64,000 nucleotides of DNA from Eledone cirrhosa (taxonomy: Eukaryota), in the NCBI GenBank assembly GCA_964016885.1, contig OZ024742.1, positions 105,090,001 to 105,154,000 on the forward strand, read 5' to 3'. The notes below the pieces were generated by a model, which saw only the letters and a program-made list of their open reading frames with translations, had not been told where the DNA came from and ran no database searches. The translations under genes were made by a program, and so were the position numbers. Shown here piece after piece: positions 15,001 to 30,000 of the stretch; positions within the stretch are counted from its first letter, which is position 1; each line of letters starts with the position of its first letter.

Positions 15001-18000
15001 GTGAGACTGTTATATGTCAGAAACTGTTATATCTGAGAAACTGTTATATGTCAGAAACTGTTATATGTGAGAAACTGTTATATGTGAGACTGTAATATGT
15101 GAGACTGTCATATGTCAGAAACTGTTATATGTGAGAAACTGTTATATGTGAGAAACTGTTATATGTCAGAAACTGTTATATGTGAGAAACTGTTATATGT
15201 CAGAAACTGTTATATGTGAGAAACTGTTATATGTCAGAAACTGTTATATGTGACACTGTAATCTGTGAGACTGTTATATGTCAGAAACTGTTATATGTGA
15301 GAAACTGTTATATGTCAGAAACTGTTATATGTCAGAAACTGTTATATGTGAGAAACTGTTATATGTGAGAAACTGTTATATGTCAGAAACTGTTATATGT
15401 GAGAAACTGTTATATGTGAGAAACTGTTATATGTGAGACTGTAATATGAGACACTGTTATATGTCAGAAACTGTTATATGTCAGAAAAGGTTATATCTCA
15501 GAAACTGTTATATGTGACAAACTGTTATATGTGAGAAACTGTCATATGTCAGATACTGTTATATGTCAGAAACTGTTATATGTCAGAAACTGTTATATGT
15601 GAGACTGTAATATGTGAGACTATTATATGTCAGAAACTGTTATATGTGAGAAACTGTTATATGTCAGAAACTGTTATATGTCAGAAACTGTTATATGTGA
15701 GACTGTAGTATGTGAGACTGTTATATGTCAGAAACTGTTATATGTCAGAAACTGTTATATGTGAGAAACTGTTATATGTCAGAAACTGTTATATGTGAGA
15801 AACTGTTATATGTGAGAAACTGTTATATGTCAGAAAATGTTATATGTGAGAAACTGTTATATTTGCGACTGTAATATGTGAGACTGTCATATGTCAGAAA
15901 CTGTAATATGTGAGAAACTGTTATATGTCAGAAACTGTTATATATGAGAAACTGTTATATATGAGAAACTGTTATATGTTAGAAACTGTTATATGTCAGA
16001 AACTGTTATATGTGAGAAACTGTTATATGTGAGAAACTGTTATATGTGAGACTGTTATATGTCAGAAACTGTTATATGTGAGCAACTGTTATATGTCAGA
16101 AACTGTTATATGTGAGAAACTGTTATATGTGAGAAACTGTTATATGTTAGAAACTGTTATATGTGAGACTGTAATATGTGAGATTGTCATATTTCAGAAA
16201 CTGTTATATGTGAGAAACTGTTATATGTCAGAAACTGTTATATGTGAGACTGTTATATGTCACAAACTGTTATATGTCAGAAACTGTCATATGTCAGAAA
16301 CTGTTATATGTGAGAAACTGTTATATGTCAGAAACTGTTATATATGAGAAACTGTTATATATGAGAAACTGTTATATGTTAGAAACTGTTATATGTCAGA
16401 AACTGTTATATGTGAGACTGTAGTATGTCAGACTGTTATATGTCAGACACTGTTATATGTCAGAAACTGTTATATGTCAGAAACTGTTATATGTGAGAAA
16501 CTGTTATATGTCAGAAATTGTTATATGTGAGACTGTAGTATGTGAGACTGTTATATGTCAGAACTGTTATATGTGAGACTGTAGTATGTGAGACAGTTAT
16601 ATGTCAGAAACTGTTATATGTGAGAAACTGTTATATGTCAGAAACTGTTATATGTGAGAAACTGTTATATGTGAGAAACTGTTATATGTGAGAAACTGTT
16701 ATATGTGAGACTGTTATATGTCAGAAACTGTTATATGTGAGCAACTGTTATATGTCAGAAACTGTTATATGTGAGCAACTGTTATATGTGAGAAACTGTT
16801 ATATGTCAGAAACTGTTATATGTGGGAAACTGTTATATGTCAGAAACTGTTATATGTCAGAAACTGTTATGTGAGAAACTGTTATATGTCAGAAACTGTT
16901 ATATGTCAGAAACTGTTATATGTGAGAAACTGTTATATGTCAGAAACTGTTATATGTGAGAAACTGTTATATGTCAGAAACTGTAGTATGTGAGACTGTA
17001 ATATGTGAGACTGTCATATGTCAGAAACTGTTATATGTGAGAAACTGTTATATGTGAGACTGTAATATGTGAGAATGTCATATGTCAGAAACTGTTATAT
17101 GTCAGAAACTGTTATATGTGAGAAACTGTTATATGTGAGACTGTAATATGTGAGACTATTATATGTCAGAAACTGTTATATGTGAGACTGTTATATGTCA
17201 GAAACTGTTATATGTCAGAAACTGTTATATGTCAGAAACTGTTATATGTGAGAAACTGTTATATGTCAGAAACTGTTATATGTGAGAAACTGTTATATGT
17301 CAGAAACTGTTATATGTGCGACTGTAATATGTGAGACTGTCATATGTCAGAAATTGTTATCTGTGAGAAACTGTTATATGTCAGAAACTGTTATATGTCC
17401 GAAAATGTTATATGTGAGAAACTGTTATATGTGCGACTGTAATATCTGAGACTGTCATATGTCAGAAACTGTTATATGTGAGAAACTGTTATATGTCAGA
17501 AACTGTTATATGTGAGAAACTGTTATATGTGAGAAACTGTTATATGTGAGAAACTGTTATATGTCAGAAACTGTTATATGTGACACTGTAGTTTGTGAGA
17601 CTGTTATATGTCAGAAACTGTTATATGTGAGATTGTTGTATGTGAGACAGTTATATGTCAGAAACTGTTATTTGTGAGAAACTGTTATATGTGAGAAACT
17701 GTTATATGTCAGAAACTGTTATATGTGAGAAACTGTTATATGTGAGAAACTGTTATATGTGCAACTGTAATATGTGAGACTGTCATATGTCAGAAACTGT
17801 TATATGTGAGAAACTGTTATATGTCAGAAACTGTTATATGTCAGAAACTGTTATATGTGAGAATCTGTTATATGTGAGAAACTGTTATATGTGAGACTGT
17901 TATATGTCAGAAACTGTTATATGTGAGAAACTGTTATATGTCAGAAACTGTTATATGTGAGAAACTGTTATATGTGAGAAACTGTTATATGTGAGACTGT

Positions 18001-21000
18001 AATATGTGAGACTGTCATATGTCAGAAACTGTTATATGTGAGAAACTGTTATATGTGAGAAACTGTTATATGTCAGAAACTGTTATATGTGAGAAACTGT
18101 TATATGTCAGAAACTGTTATATGTGAGAAACTGTTATATGTCAGAAACTGTTATATGTCAGAAACTGTTATATGTGAGACTGTAATATGTGAGACTGTCA
18201 TATGTCAGAAACTGTTTTATGTGAGAAACTGTTATATGTGAGAAACTGTTATATGTGACACTGTAATATGTGAGACTGTCATATGTCAGGAACTGTTATA
18301 TGTCAGAAACTGTTATATGTGAGACTGTTATATGTCAGAAACTGTTATATGTCAGAAACTGTTATATGTCAGAAACTGTTATATGTCAGAAACTGTTATA
18401 TATGAGACTGTAATATGTGAGACTGTCATATGTCAGAAACTGTTATATGTCAGAAACTGTTATATGTGAGACTGTAATATGTGAGACTATTATATGTCAG
18501 AAACTGTTATATGTGAGACTGTTATATGTCAGAAACTGTTATATGTCAGAAACTGTTATTTGTCAGAAACTGTTATATGTGAGAAACTGTTATATGTCAG
18601 AAACTGTTATATGTGAGAAACTGTTATATGTGAGAAACTGTTATATGTGCGACTGTAATATGTGAGACTGTCATATGTCAGAAATTGTTATCTGTGAGAA
18701 ACTGTTATATGTCAGAAACTGTTATATATCCGAAAATGTTATATGTGAGAAACTGTTATATGTGCGACTGTAATATCTGAGACTGTCATATGTCAGAAAC
18801 TGTTATATGTCAGAAAATGTTATATGTGAGAAACTGTTATATGTGAGAAACTGTTATATGTGAGAAACTGTTATATGTCAGAAACTGTTATATGTGACAC
18901 TGTAGTATGTGAGACTGTTATATGTCAGAAACTGTTATATGCCAGAAACTGTTATATGTCAGAAACTCTTATATGTGAGAAACTGTTATATGTCAAAAAC
19001 TGTTATATGTGTGACTGTAGTATGTGAGACTGTTATATGTCAGAAACTGTTATATGTGAGAAACTGTTATATGTCAGAAACTGTTATATGTGAGAAACTG
19101 TTATATGTCAGAAACTGTTATATGTTAGACTGTAGTATGTGAGACTGTTATATGTCAGAAACTGTTATATGTGAGACTGTAGTATGTGAGACAGTTATAT
19201 GTGAGAAACTGTTATATGTGAGAAACTGTTATATGTGAGAAACTGTTATATGTTAGAAACTGTTATATGTGACAAACTGTTATATGTGAGAAACTGTTAT
19301 ATGTGAGAAACTGTTATATGTTAGAAACTGTTATATGTGAGAAACTGTTATATGTCAGAAACTGTTATATGTGAGAAACTGTTATATGTCAGAAACTGTT
19401 ATATGTGAGACTGTAGTATGTGAGACTGTCATATGTCAGAAACTGTTATATGTGAGAAACTGTTATATGTGAGAAACTGTTATATGTCAGAAACTGTTAT
19501 ATGTGAGAAACTGTTATATGTCAGAAACTGTTATATGTGAGAAACTGTTATATGTCAGAAACTGTTATATGTCAGAAACTGTTATATGTGAGACTGTAAT
19601 ATGTGAGACTGTCATATGTCAGAAACGGTTTTATGTGAGAAACTGTTATATGTGAGAAACTGTTATATGTGACACTGTAATATGTGAGACTGTCATATGT
19701 CAGAAACTGTTATATGTCAGAAACTGTTATATGTGAGACTGTTATATGTCAGAAACTGTTATATGTCAGAAACTGTTATATGTTAGAAACTGTTATATGT
19801 AAGAAACTGTTATATGTGAGACTGTAACATGAGAGACTGTTATATGTCAGAAACTGTTATATGTCAGAAACGGTTATATCTCAGAAACTGTTATATGTGA
19901 CAAACTGTTATATGTGAGAAACTGTCATATGTCAGATACTGTTATATGTCAGAAACTGTTATATGTCAGAAACTGTTATATGTGAGAAACTGTTATATGT
20001 TAGAAACTGTTATATGTCAGAAACTGTTATATGTGAGACTGTAGTATGTGAGACTGTTATATGTCAGAAACTGATATATGTCAGAAACTGTTATATGTCT
20101 GAAACTGTTATATGTGAGAAACTGTTATATGTGAGAAACTGTTATATGTGAGAAACTGTTATATGTGAGAAACTGTTATATGTCAGAAACTGTTATATGT
20201 CAGAAACTGTTATGTGAGAAACTGTTATATGTCAGAAACTGTTATATGTCAGAAACTGTTATATGTGAGACTGTAATATGTGAGACTGTCATATGTGAGA
20301 AACTGTTATATGTGAGAAACTGTTATATGTGAGAAACTGTTATATGTGACACTGTAATATGTGAGACTGTCATATGTCAGAAACTGTTATATGTCAGAAA
20401 CTGTTATATGTGAGACTGTTATATGTCAGAAACTGTTATATGTCAGAAACTGTTATATGTCAGAAACTGTTATATGTCAGAAACTGTTATATGTGTGATT
20501 GTAATATGTGAGACTGTCATATGTCAGAAACTGTTATATGTCAGAAACTGTTATATGTCAGAAACTGTTATATGTGAGACTGTAATATGTGAGACTATTA
20601 TATGTCAGAAACTGTTATATGTGAGAAACTGTTATATGTCAGAAACTGTTATATGTCAGAAACTGTTATATGTGAGACTGTAGTATGTGAGACTGTTATA
20701 TGTCAGAAACTGTTATATGTCAGAAACTGTTATATGTGAGAAACTGTTATATGTCAGAAACTGTTATATGTGAGAAACTGTTATATGTGAGAAACTGTTA
20801 TATGTCAGAAAATGTTATATGTGAGAAACTGTTATATTTGCGACTGTAATATGTGAGACTGTCATATGTCAGAAACTGTTATATATGAGAAACTGTTATA
20901 TGTTAGAAACTGTTATATGTGAGACTGTAGTATGTCAGACTGTTATATGTCAGAAACTGTTATATGTCAGAAACTGTTATATGTGAGAGACTGTTATATG

Positions 21001-24000
21001 TCAGAAACTGTTATATGTGAGACTGTAGTATGTGAGACTGTTATATGTCAGAACTGTTATATGTGAGACTGTAGTATGTGAGACAGTTATATGTCAGAAA
21101 CTGTTATATGTGAGAAACTGTTATATGTCAGAAACTGTTATATGTGAGAAACTGTTATATGTGAGAAACTGTTATATGTGAGACGGTTATATGTCAGAAA
21201 CTGTTATATGTGAGCAACTGTTATATGTCAGAAACTGTTATATGTGAGAAACTGTTATATGTGAGAAACTGTTATATGTGAGACTGTAATATGTGAGATT
21301 GTCATATGTCAGAAACTGTTATATGTGAGAAACTGTTATATGTCAGAAACTGTTATATGTGGGAAACTGTTATATGTCAGAAACTGTTATATGTCAGAAA
21401 CTGTTATGTGAGAAACTGTTATATGTCAGAAACTGTTATATGTCAGAAACTGTTATATGTGAGAAACTGTTATATGTCAGAAACTGTTATATGTGAGAAA
21501 CTGTTATATGTCAGAAACTGTAGTATGTGAGACTGTAATATGTGAGACTGTCATATGTCAGAAACTGTTATACGTGAGAAACTGTTATATGTGAGACTGT
21601 AATATGTGAGAATGTCATATGTCAGAAACTGTTATATGTCAGAAACTGTTATATGTGAGAAACTGTTATATGTGAGACTGTAATATGTGAGACTATTATA
21701 TGTCAGAAACTGTTATATGTGAGACTGTTATATGTCAGAAACTGTTATATGTCAGAAACTGTTATATGTCAGAAACTGTTATGTGAGAAACTGTCATATG
21801 TCAGATACTGTTATATGTCAGAAACTGTTATATGTCAGAAACTGTTATATGTGAGAAACTGTTATATGTTAGAAACTGTTATATGTCAGAAACTGTTATA
21901 TGTGAGACTGTAGTATGTGAGACTGTCATATGTCAGAAACTGTTATATGTGAGAAACTGTTATATGTGAGAAACAGTTATATGTCAGAAACTGTTATATG
22001 TGAGAAACTGTTATATGTCAGAAACTGTTATATGTGAGAAACTGTTATATGTCAGAAACTGTTATATGTCAGAAACTATTATATGTGAGACTGTAATATG
22101 TGAGACTGTCATATGTCAGAAACTGTTTTATGTGAGAAACTGTTATATGTGAGAAACTGTTATATGTGACACTGTAATATGTGAGACTGTCATATGTCAG
22201 AAACTGTTATATGTCAGAAACTGTTATATGTGAGACTGTTATATGTCAGAAACTGTTATATGTCAGAAACTGTTATATGTGAGAAACTGTTATATGTGAG
22301 AAACTGTTATATGTGAGACTGTAATATGAGAGACTGTTATATGTCAGAAACTGTTATATGTCAGAAACGGTTATATCTCAGAAACTGTTATATGTGACAA
22401 ACTGTTATATGTGAGAAACTGTCATATGTCAGATACTGTTATATGTCAGAAACTGTTATATGTCAGAAACTGTTATATGTGAGAAACTCTTATATGTTAG
22501 AAACTGTTATATGTCAGAAACTGTTATATGTGAGACTGTAGTATGTGAGACTGTTATATGTCAGAAACTGATATATGTCAGAAACTGTTATATGTCTGAA
22601 ACTGTTATATGTGAGAAACTGTTATATGTGAGAAACTGTTATATGTGAGAAACTGTTATATGTGAGAAACTGTTATATGTCAGAAACTGTTATATGTCAG
22701 AAACTGTTATGTGAGAAACTGTTATATGTCAGAAACTGTTATATGTCAGAAACTGTTATATGTGAGACTGTAATATGTGAGACTGTCATATGTCAGAAAC
22801 TGTTATATATGAGAAACTGTTATATGTGAGAAACTGTTATATGTGACACTGTAATATGTGAGACTGTCATATGTCAGAAACTGTTATATGTCAGAAACTG
22901 TTATATGTGAGACTGTTATATGTCAGAAACTGTTATATGTCAGAAACTGTTATATGTCAGAAACTGTTATATGTGTGATTGTAATATGTGAGACTGTCAT
23001 ATGTCAGAAACTGTTATATGTCAGAAACTCTTATATGTCAGAAACTGTTATATGTGAGACTGTAATATGTGAGACTATTATATGTCAGAAACTGTTATAT
23101 GTGAGAAACTGTTATATGTGAGAAACTGTTATATGTCAGAAACTGTTATATGTGAGAAACTGTTATATGTCAGAAACTGTTATATGTGAGAAACTGTTAT
23201 ATGTCAGAAACTGTTATATATCCGAAAATGTTATATGTGAGAAACTGTTATATGTGCGACTGTAATATCTGAGACTGTCATATGTCAGAAACTGTTATAT
23301 GTCAGAAAATGTTATATGTGAGAAACTGTTATATGTGAGAAACTGTTATATGTGAGAAACTGTTATATGTCAGAAACTGTTATATGTGACACTGTAGTAT
23401 GTGAGACTGTTATATGTCAGAAACTGTTATATGTCAGAAACTCTTATATGTGAGAAACTGTTATATGTCAAAAACTGTTATATGTGTGACTGTAGTATGT
23501 GAGACTGTTATATGTCAGAAACTGTTATATGTGAGAAACTGTTATATGTCAGAAACTGTTATATGTGAGAAACTGTTATATGTCAGAAACTGTTATATGT
23601 TAGACTGTAGTATGTGAGACTGTTATATGTCAGAAACTGTTATATGTGAGACTGTAGTATGTGAGACAGTTATATGTGAGAAACTGTTATATGTGAGAAA
23701 CTGTTATATGTGAGAAACTGTTATATGTGAGAAACTGTTATATGTGACAAACTGTTATATGTGAGAAACTGTTATATGTGAGAAACTGTTATATGTCAGA
23801 AACTGTTATATGTGAGAAACTGTTATATGTCAGAAACTGTTATATGTGAGAAACTGTTATATGTCAGAAACTGTTATATGTGAGACTGTAGTATGTGAGA
23901 CTGTCATATGTCAGAAACTGTTATATGTGAGAAACTGTTATATGTGAGAAACTGTTATATGTCAGAAACTGTTATATGTGAGAAACTGTTATATGTCAGA

Positions 24001-27000
24001 AACTGTTATATGTGAGAAACTGTTATATGTCAGAAACTGTTATATGTCAGAAACTGTTATATGTGAGACTGTAATATGTGAGACTGTCATATGTCAGAAA
24101 CGGTTTTATGTGAGAAACTGTTATATGTGAGAAACTGTTATATCTGACACTGTAATATGTGAGACTGTCATATGTCAGAAACTGTTATATGTCAGAAACT
24201 GTTATATGTGAGACTGTTATATGTCAGAAACTGTTATATGTCAGAAACTGTTATATGTGAGAAACTGTTATATGTAAGAAACTGTTATATGTGAGACTGT
24301 AACATGAGAGACTGTTATATGTCAGAAACTGTTATATGTCAGAAACGGTTATATCTCAGAAACTGTTATATGTGACAAACTGTTATATGTGAGAAACTGT
24401 CATATGTCAGATACTGTTATATGTCAGAAACTGTTATATGTCAGAAACTGTTATATGTGAGAAACTGTTATATGTTAGAAACTGTTATATGTCAGAAACT
24501 GTTATATGTGAGACTGTAGTATGTGAGACTGTTATATGTCAGAAACTGATATATGTCAGAAACTGTTATATGTCTGAAACTGTTATGTGTGAGAAACTGT
24601 TATATGTGAGAAACTGTTATATGTGAGAAACTGTTATATGTGAGAAACTGTTATATGTCAGAAACTGTTATATGTCAGAAACTGTTATGTGAGAAACTGT
24701 TATATGTCAGAAACTGTTATATGTCAGAAACTGTTATATGTGAGACTGTAATATGTGAGACTGTCATATGTGAGAAACTGTTATATGTGAGAAACTGTTA
24801 TATGTGAGAAACTGTTATATGTGACACTGTAATATGTGAGACTGTCATATGTCAGAAACTGTTATATGTCAGAAACTGTTATATGTGAGACTGTTATATG
24901 TCAGAAACTGTTATATGTCAGAAACTGTTATATGTCAGAAACTGTTATATGTCAGAAACTGTTATATGTGTGATTGTAATATGTGAGACTGTCATATGTC
25001 AGAAACTGTTATATGTCAGAAACTGTTATATGTCAGAAACTGTTATATGTGAGACTGTAATATGTGAGACTATTATATGTCAGAAACTGTTATATGTGAG
25101 AAACTGTTATATGTCAGAAACTGTTATATGTCAGAAACTGTTATATGTGAGACTGTAGTATGTGAGACTGTTATATGTCAGAAACTGTTATATGTCAGAA
25201 ACTGTTATATGTGAGAAACTGTTATATGTCAGAAACTGTTATATGTGAGAAACTGTTATATGTGAGAAACTGTTATATGTCAGAAAATGTTATATGTGAG
25301 AAACTGTTATATTTGCGACTGTAATATGTGAGACTGTCATATGTCAGAAACTGTTATATGTGAGAAACTGTTATATGTCAGAAACTGTTATATATGAGAA
25401 ACTGTTATATATGAGAAACTGTTATATGTTAGAAACTGTTATATGTCAGAAACTGTTATATGTGAGACTGTAGTATGTCAGACTGTTATATGTCAGAAAC
25501 TGTTATATGTCAGAAACTGTTATATGTGAGAGACTGTTATATGTCAGAAACTGTTATATGTGAGACTGTAGTATGTGAGACTGTTATATGTCAGAACTGT
25601 TATATGTGAGACTGTAGTATGTGAGACAGTTATATGTCAGAAACTGTTATATGTGAGAAACTGTTATATGTCAGAAACTGTTATATGTGAGAAACTGTTA
25701 TATGTGAGAAACTGTTATATGTGAGACGGTTATATGTCAGAAACTGTTATATGTGAGCAACTGTTATATGTCAGAAACTGTTATATGTGAGAAACTGTTA
25801 TATGTGAGAAACTGTTATATGTGAGACTGTAATATGTGAGATTGTCATATGTCAGAAACTGTTATATTTGAGAAACTGTTATATGTCAGAAACTGTTATA
25901 TGTGGGAAACTGTTATATGTCAGAAACTGTTATATGTCAGAAACTGTTATGTGAGAAACTGTTATATGTCAGAAACTGTTATATGTCAGAAACTGTTATA
26001 TGTGAGAAACTGTTATATGTCAGAAACTGTTATATGTGAGAAACTGTTATATGTCAGAAACTGTAGTATGTGAGACTGTAATATGTGAGACTGTCATATG
26101 TCAGAAACTGTTATACGTGAGAAACTGTTATATGTGAGACTGTAATATGTGAGAATGTCATATGTCAGAAACTGTTATATGTCAGAAACTGTTATATGTG
26201 AGAAACTGTTATATGTGAGACTGTAATATGTGAGACTATTATATGTCAGAAACTGTTATATGTGAGACTGTTATATGTCAGAAACTGTTATATGTCAGAA
26301 ACTGTTATATGTCAGAAACTGTTATGTGAGAAACTGTCATATGTCAGATACTGTTATATGTCAGAAACTGTTATATGTCAGAAACTGTTATATGTGAGAA
26401 ACTGTTATATGTTAGAAACTGTTATATGTCAGAAACTGTTATATGTGAGACTGTAGTATGTGAGACTGTCATATGTCAGAAACTGTTATATGTGAGAAAC
26501 TGTTATATGTGAGAAACTGTTATATGTCAGAAACTGTTATATGTGAGAAACTGTTATATGTCAGAAACGGTTATATCTCAGAAACTGTTATATGTCAGAA
26601 ACTGTTATATGTCAGAAACTATTATATGTGAGACTGTAATATGTGAGACTGTCATATGTCAGAAACTGTTTTATGTGAGAAACTGTTATATGTGAGAAAC
26701 TGTTATATGTGACACTGTAATATGTGAGACTGTCATATGTCAGAAACTGTTATATGTCAGAAACTGTTATATGTGAGACTGTTATATGTCAGAAACTGTT
26801 ATATGTCAGAAACTGTTATATGTGAGAAACTGTTATATGTGAGAAACTGTTATATGTGAGACTGTAATATGAGAGACTGTTATATGTCAGAAACTGTTAT
26901 ATGTCAGAAACGGTTATATCTCAGAAACTGTTATATGTGACAAACTGTTATATGTGAGAAACTGTCATATGTCAGATACTGTTATATGTCAGAAACTGTT

Positions 27001-30000
27001 ATATGTCAGAAACTGTTATATGTGAGAAACTCTTATATGTTAGAAACTGTTATATGTCCGAAACTGTTATATGTGAGACTGTAGTATGTGAGACTGTTAT
27101 ATGTCAGAAACTGATATATGTCAGAAACTGTTATATGTCTGAAACTGTTATATGTGAGAAACTGTTATATGTGAGAAACTGTTATATGTGAGAAACTGTT
27201 ATATGTGAGAAACTGTTATATGTCAGAAACTGTTATATGTCAGAAACTGTTATGTGAGAAACTGTTATATGTCAGAAACTGTTATATGTCAGAAACTGTT
27301 ATATGTGAGACTGTAATATGTGAGACTGTCATATGTCAGAAACTGTTATATATGAGAAACTGTTATATGTGAGAAACTGTTATATGTGACACTGTAATAT
27401 GTGAGACTGTCATATGTCAGAAACTGTTATATGTCAGAAACTGTTATATGTGAGACTGTTATATGTCAGAAACTGTTATATGTCAGAAACTGTTATATGT
27501 CAGAAACTGTTATATGTGTGATTGTAATATGTGAGACTGTCATATGTCAGAAACTGTTATATGTCAGAAACTGTTATATGTCAGAAACTGTTATATGTGA
27601 GACTGTAATATATGAGACTATTATATGTCAGAAACTGTTATATGTGAGAAACTGTTATATGTCAGAAACTGTTATATGTGAGAAACTGTTATATGTCAGA
27701 AACTGTTATATGTGAGAAACTGTTATATGTGAGAGACTGTTATATGTCAGAAAATGTTATATGTGAGAAACTGTTATATTTGCGACTGTAATATGTGTGA
27801 CTGTCATATGTCAGAAACTGTTATATGTGAGAAACTGTTATATGTCAGAAACTGTTATATATGAGAAACTGTTATATATGAGAAACTGTTATATGTTAGA
27901 AACTGTTATATGTCAGAAACTGTTATATGTGAGACTGTAGTATGTCAGACTGTTATATGTCAGAAACTGTTATATGTCAGAAACTGTTATATGTGAGAAA
28001 CTGTTATATGTCAGAAACTGTTATATGTGAGAAACTGTTATATGTGAGAAACTGTTATATGTGAGACTGTTATATGTCAGAAACTGTTATATGTGAGCAA
28101 CTGTTATATGTCAGAAACTGTTATATGTGAGAAACTGTTATATGTGAGAAACTGTTATATGTGAGACTGTAATATGTGAGATTGTCATATGTCAGAAACT
28201 GTTATATGTGAGAAACTGTTATATGTCAGAAACTGTTATATGTGGGAAACTGTTATATGTCAGAAACTGTTATATGTCAGAAACTGTTATGTGAGAAACT
28301 GTTATATGTCAGAAACTGTTATATGTCAGAAACTGTTATATGTGCGAAACTGTTATATGTCAGAAACTGTTATATGTGAGAAACTGTTATATGTCAGAAA
28401 CTGTAGTATGTGAGACTGTAATATGTGAGACTGTCATATGTCAGAAACTGTTATATGTGAGAAACTGTTATATGTGAGACTGTAATATGTGAGAATGTTA
28501 TATGTCAGAAACTGTTATATGTCAGAAACTGTTATATGTGAGAAACTGTTATATGTGAGACTGTAATATGTGAGACTATTATATGTCAGAAACTGTTATA
28601 TGTGAGACTGTTATATGTCAGAAACTGTTATATGTCAGAAACTGTTATATGTCAGAAACTGTTATGTGAGAAACTGTCATATGTCAGATACTGTTATATG
28701 TCAGAAACTGTTATATGTCAGAAACTGTTATATGTGAGAAACTGTTATATGTTAGAAACTGTTATATGTCAGAAACTGTTATATGTGAGACTGTAGTATG
28801 TGAGACTGTTATATGTCAGAAACTGATATATGTCAGAAACTGTTATATGTCTGAAACTGTTATATGTGAGAAACTGTTATATGTCAGAAACTGTCATATG
28901 TGAGAAACTGTTATATGTGAGAAACTGTTATATGTGCGACTGTAATATGTGAGACTGTCATATATCAGAAACTGTTATATGTGAGAAACTGTTATATGAC
29001 AGAAACTGTTATATGTCAGAAACTGTTATATGTGAGAATCTGTTATATGTGAGAAACTGTTATATGTGAGACTGTTATATGTCAGAAACTGTTATATGTG
29101 AGAAACTGTTATATGTCAGAAACTGTTATATGTGAGACTGTAGTATGTGAGACTGTTATATGTCAGAAACTGTTATATGTGAGACTGTTGTATGTGAGAC
29201 AGTTATATGTCAGAAACTGTTATTTGTGAGAAACTGTTATATGTCAGAAACTGTTATATGTCAGAAACTGTTATATGTGAGAAACTGTTATATGTGAGAA
29301 ACTGTTATATGTGAGACTGTTATATGTCAGAAACTGTTATACGTGAGAAACTGTTATATGTCAGAAACTGTTATATGTGAGAAACTGTTATATGTGAGAA
29401 ACTGTTATATGTGAGACTGTAATATGTGAGACTGTCATATGTCAGAAACTGTTATATGTGAGAAACTGTTATATGTGAGAAACTGTTATATGTCAGAAAC
29501 TGTTATATGTGAGAAACTGTTATATGTCAGAAACTGTTATATGTGAGAAACTGTTATATGTCAGAAACTGTTATATGTCAGAAACTGTTATATGTGAGAC
29601 TGTAATATGTGAGACTGTCATATGTCAGAAACTGTTTTATGTGAGAAACTGTTATATGTGAGAAACTGTTATATGTGACACTGTAATATGTGAGACTGTC
29701 ATATGTCAGAAACTGTTATATGTCAGAAACTGTTATATGTGAGACTGTTATATGTCAGAAACTGTTATATGTCATAAACTGTTATATGTCAGAAACTGTT
29801 ATATGTGAGACTGTAATATGTGAGACTGTCATATGTCAGAAACTGTTATATGTCAGAAACTGTTATATGTGAGACTGTAATATGTGAGACTATTATATGT
29901 CAGAAACTGTTATATGTGAGACTGTTGTATGTGAGACAGTTATATGTCAGAAACTGTTATTTGTGAGAAACTGTTATATGTCAGAAACTGTTATATGTCA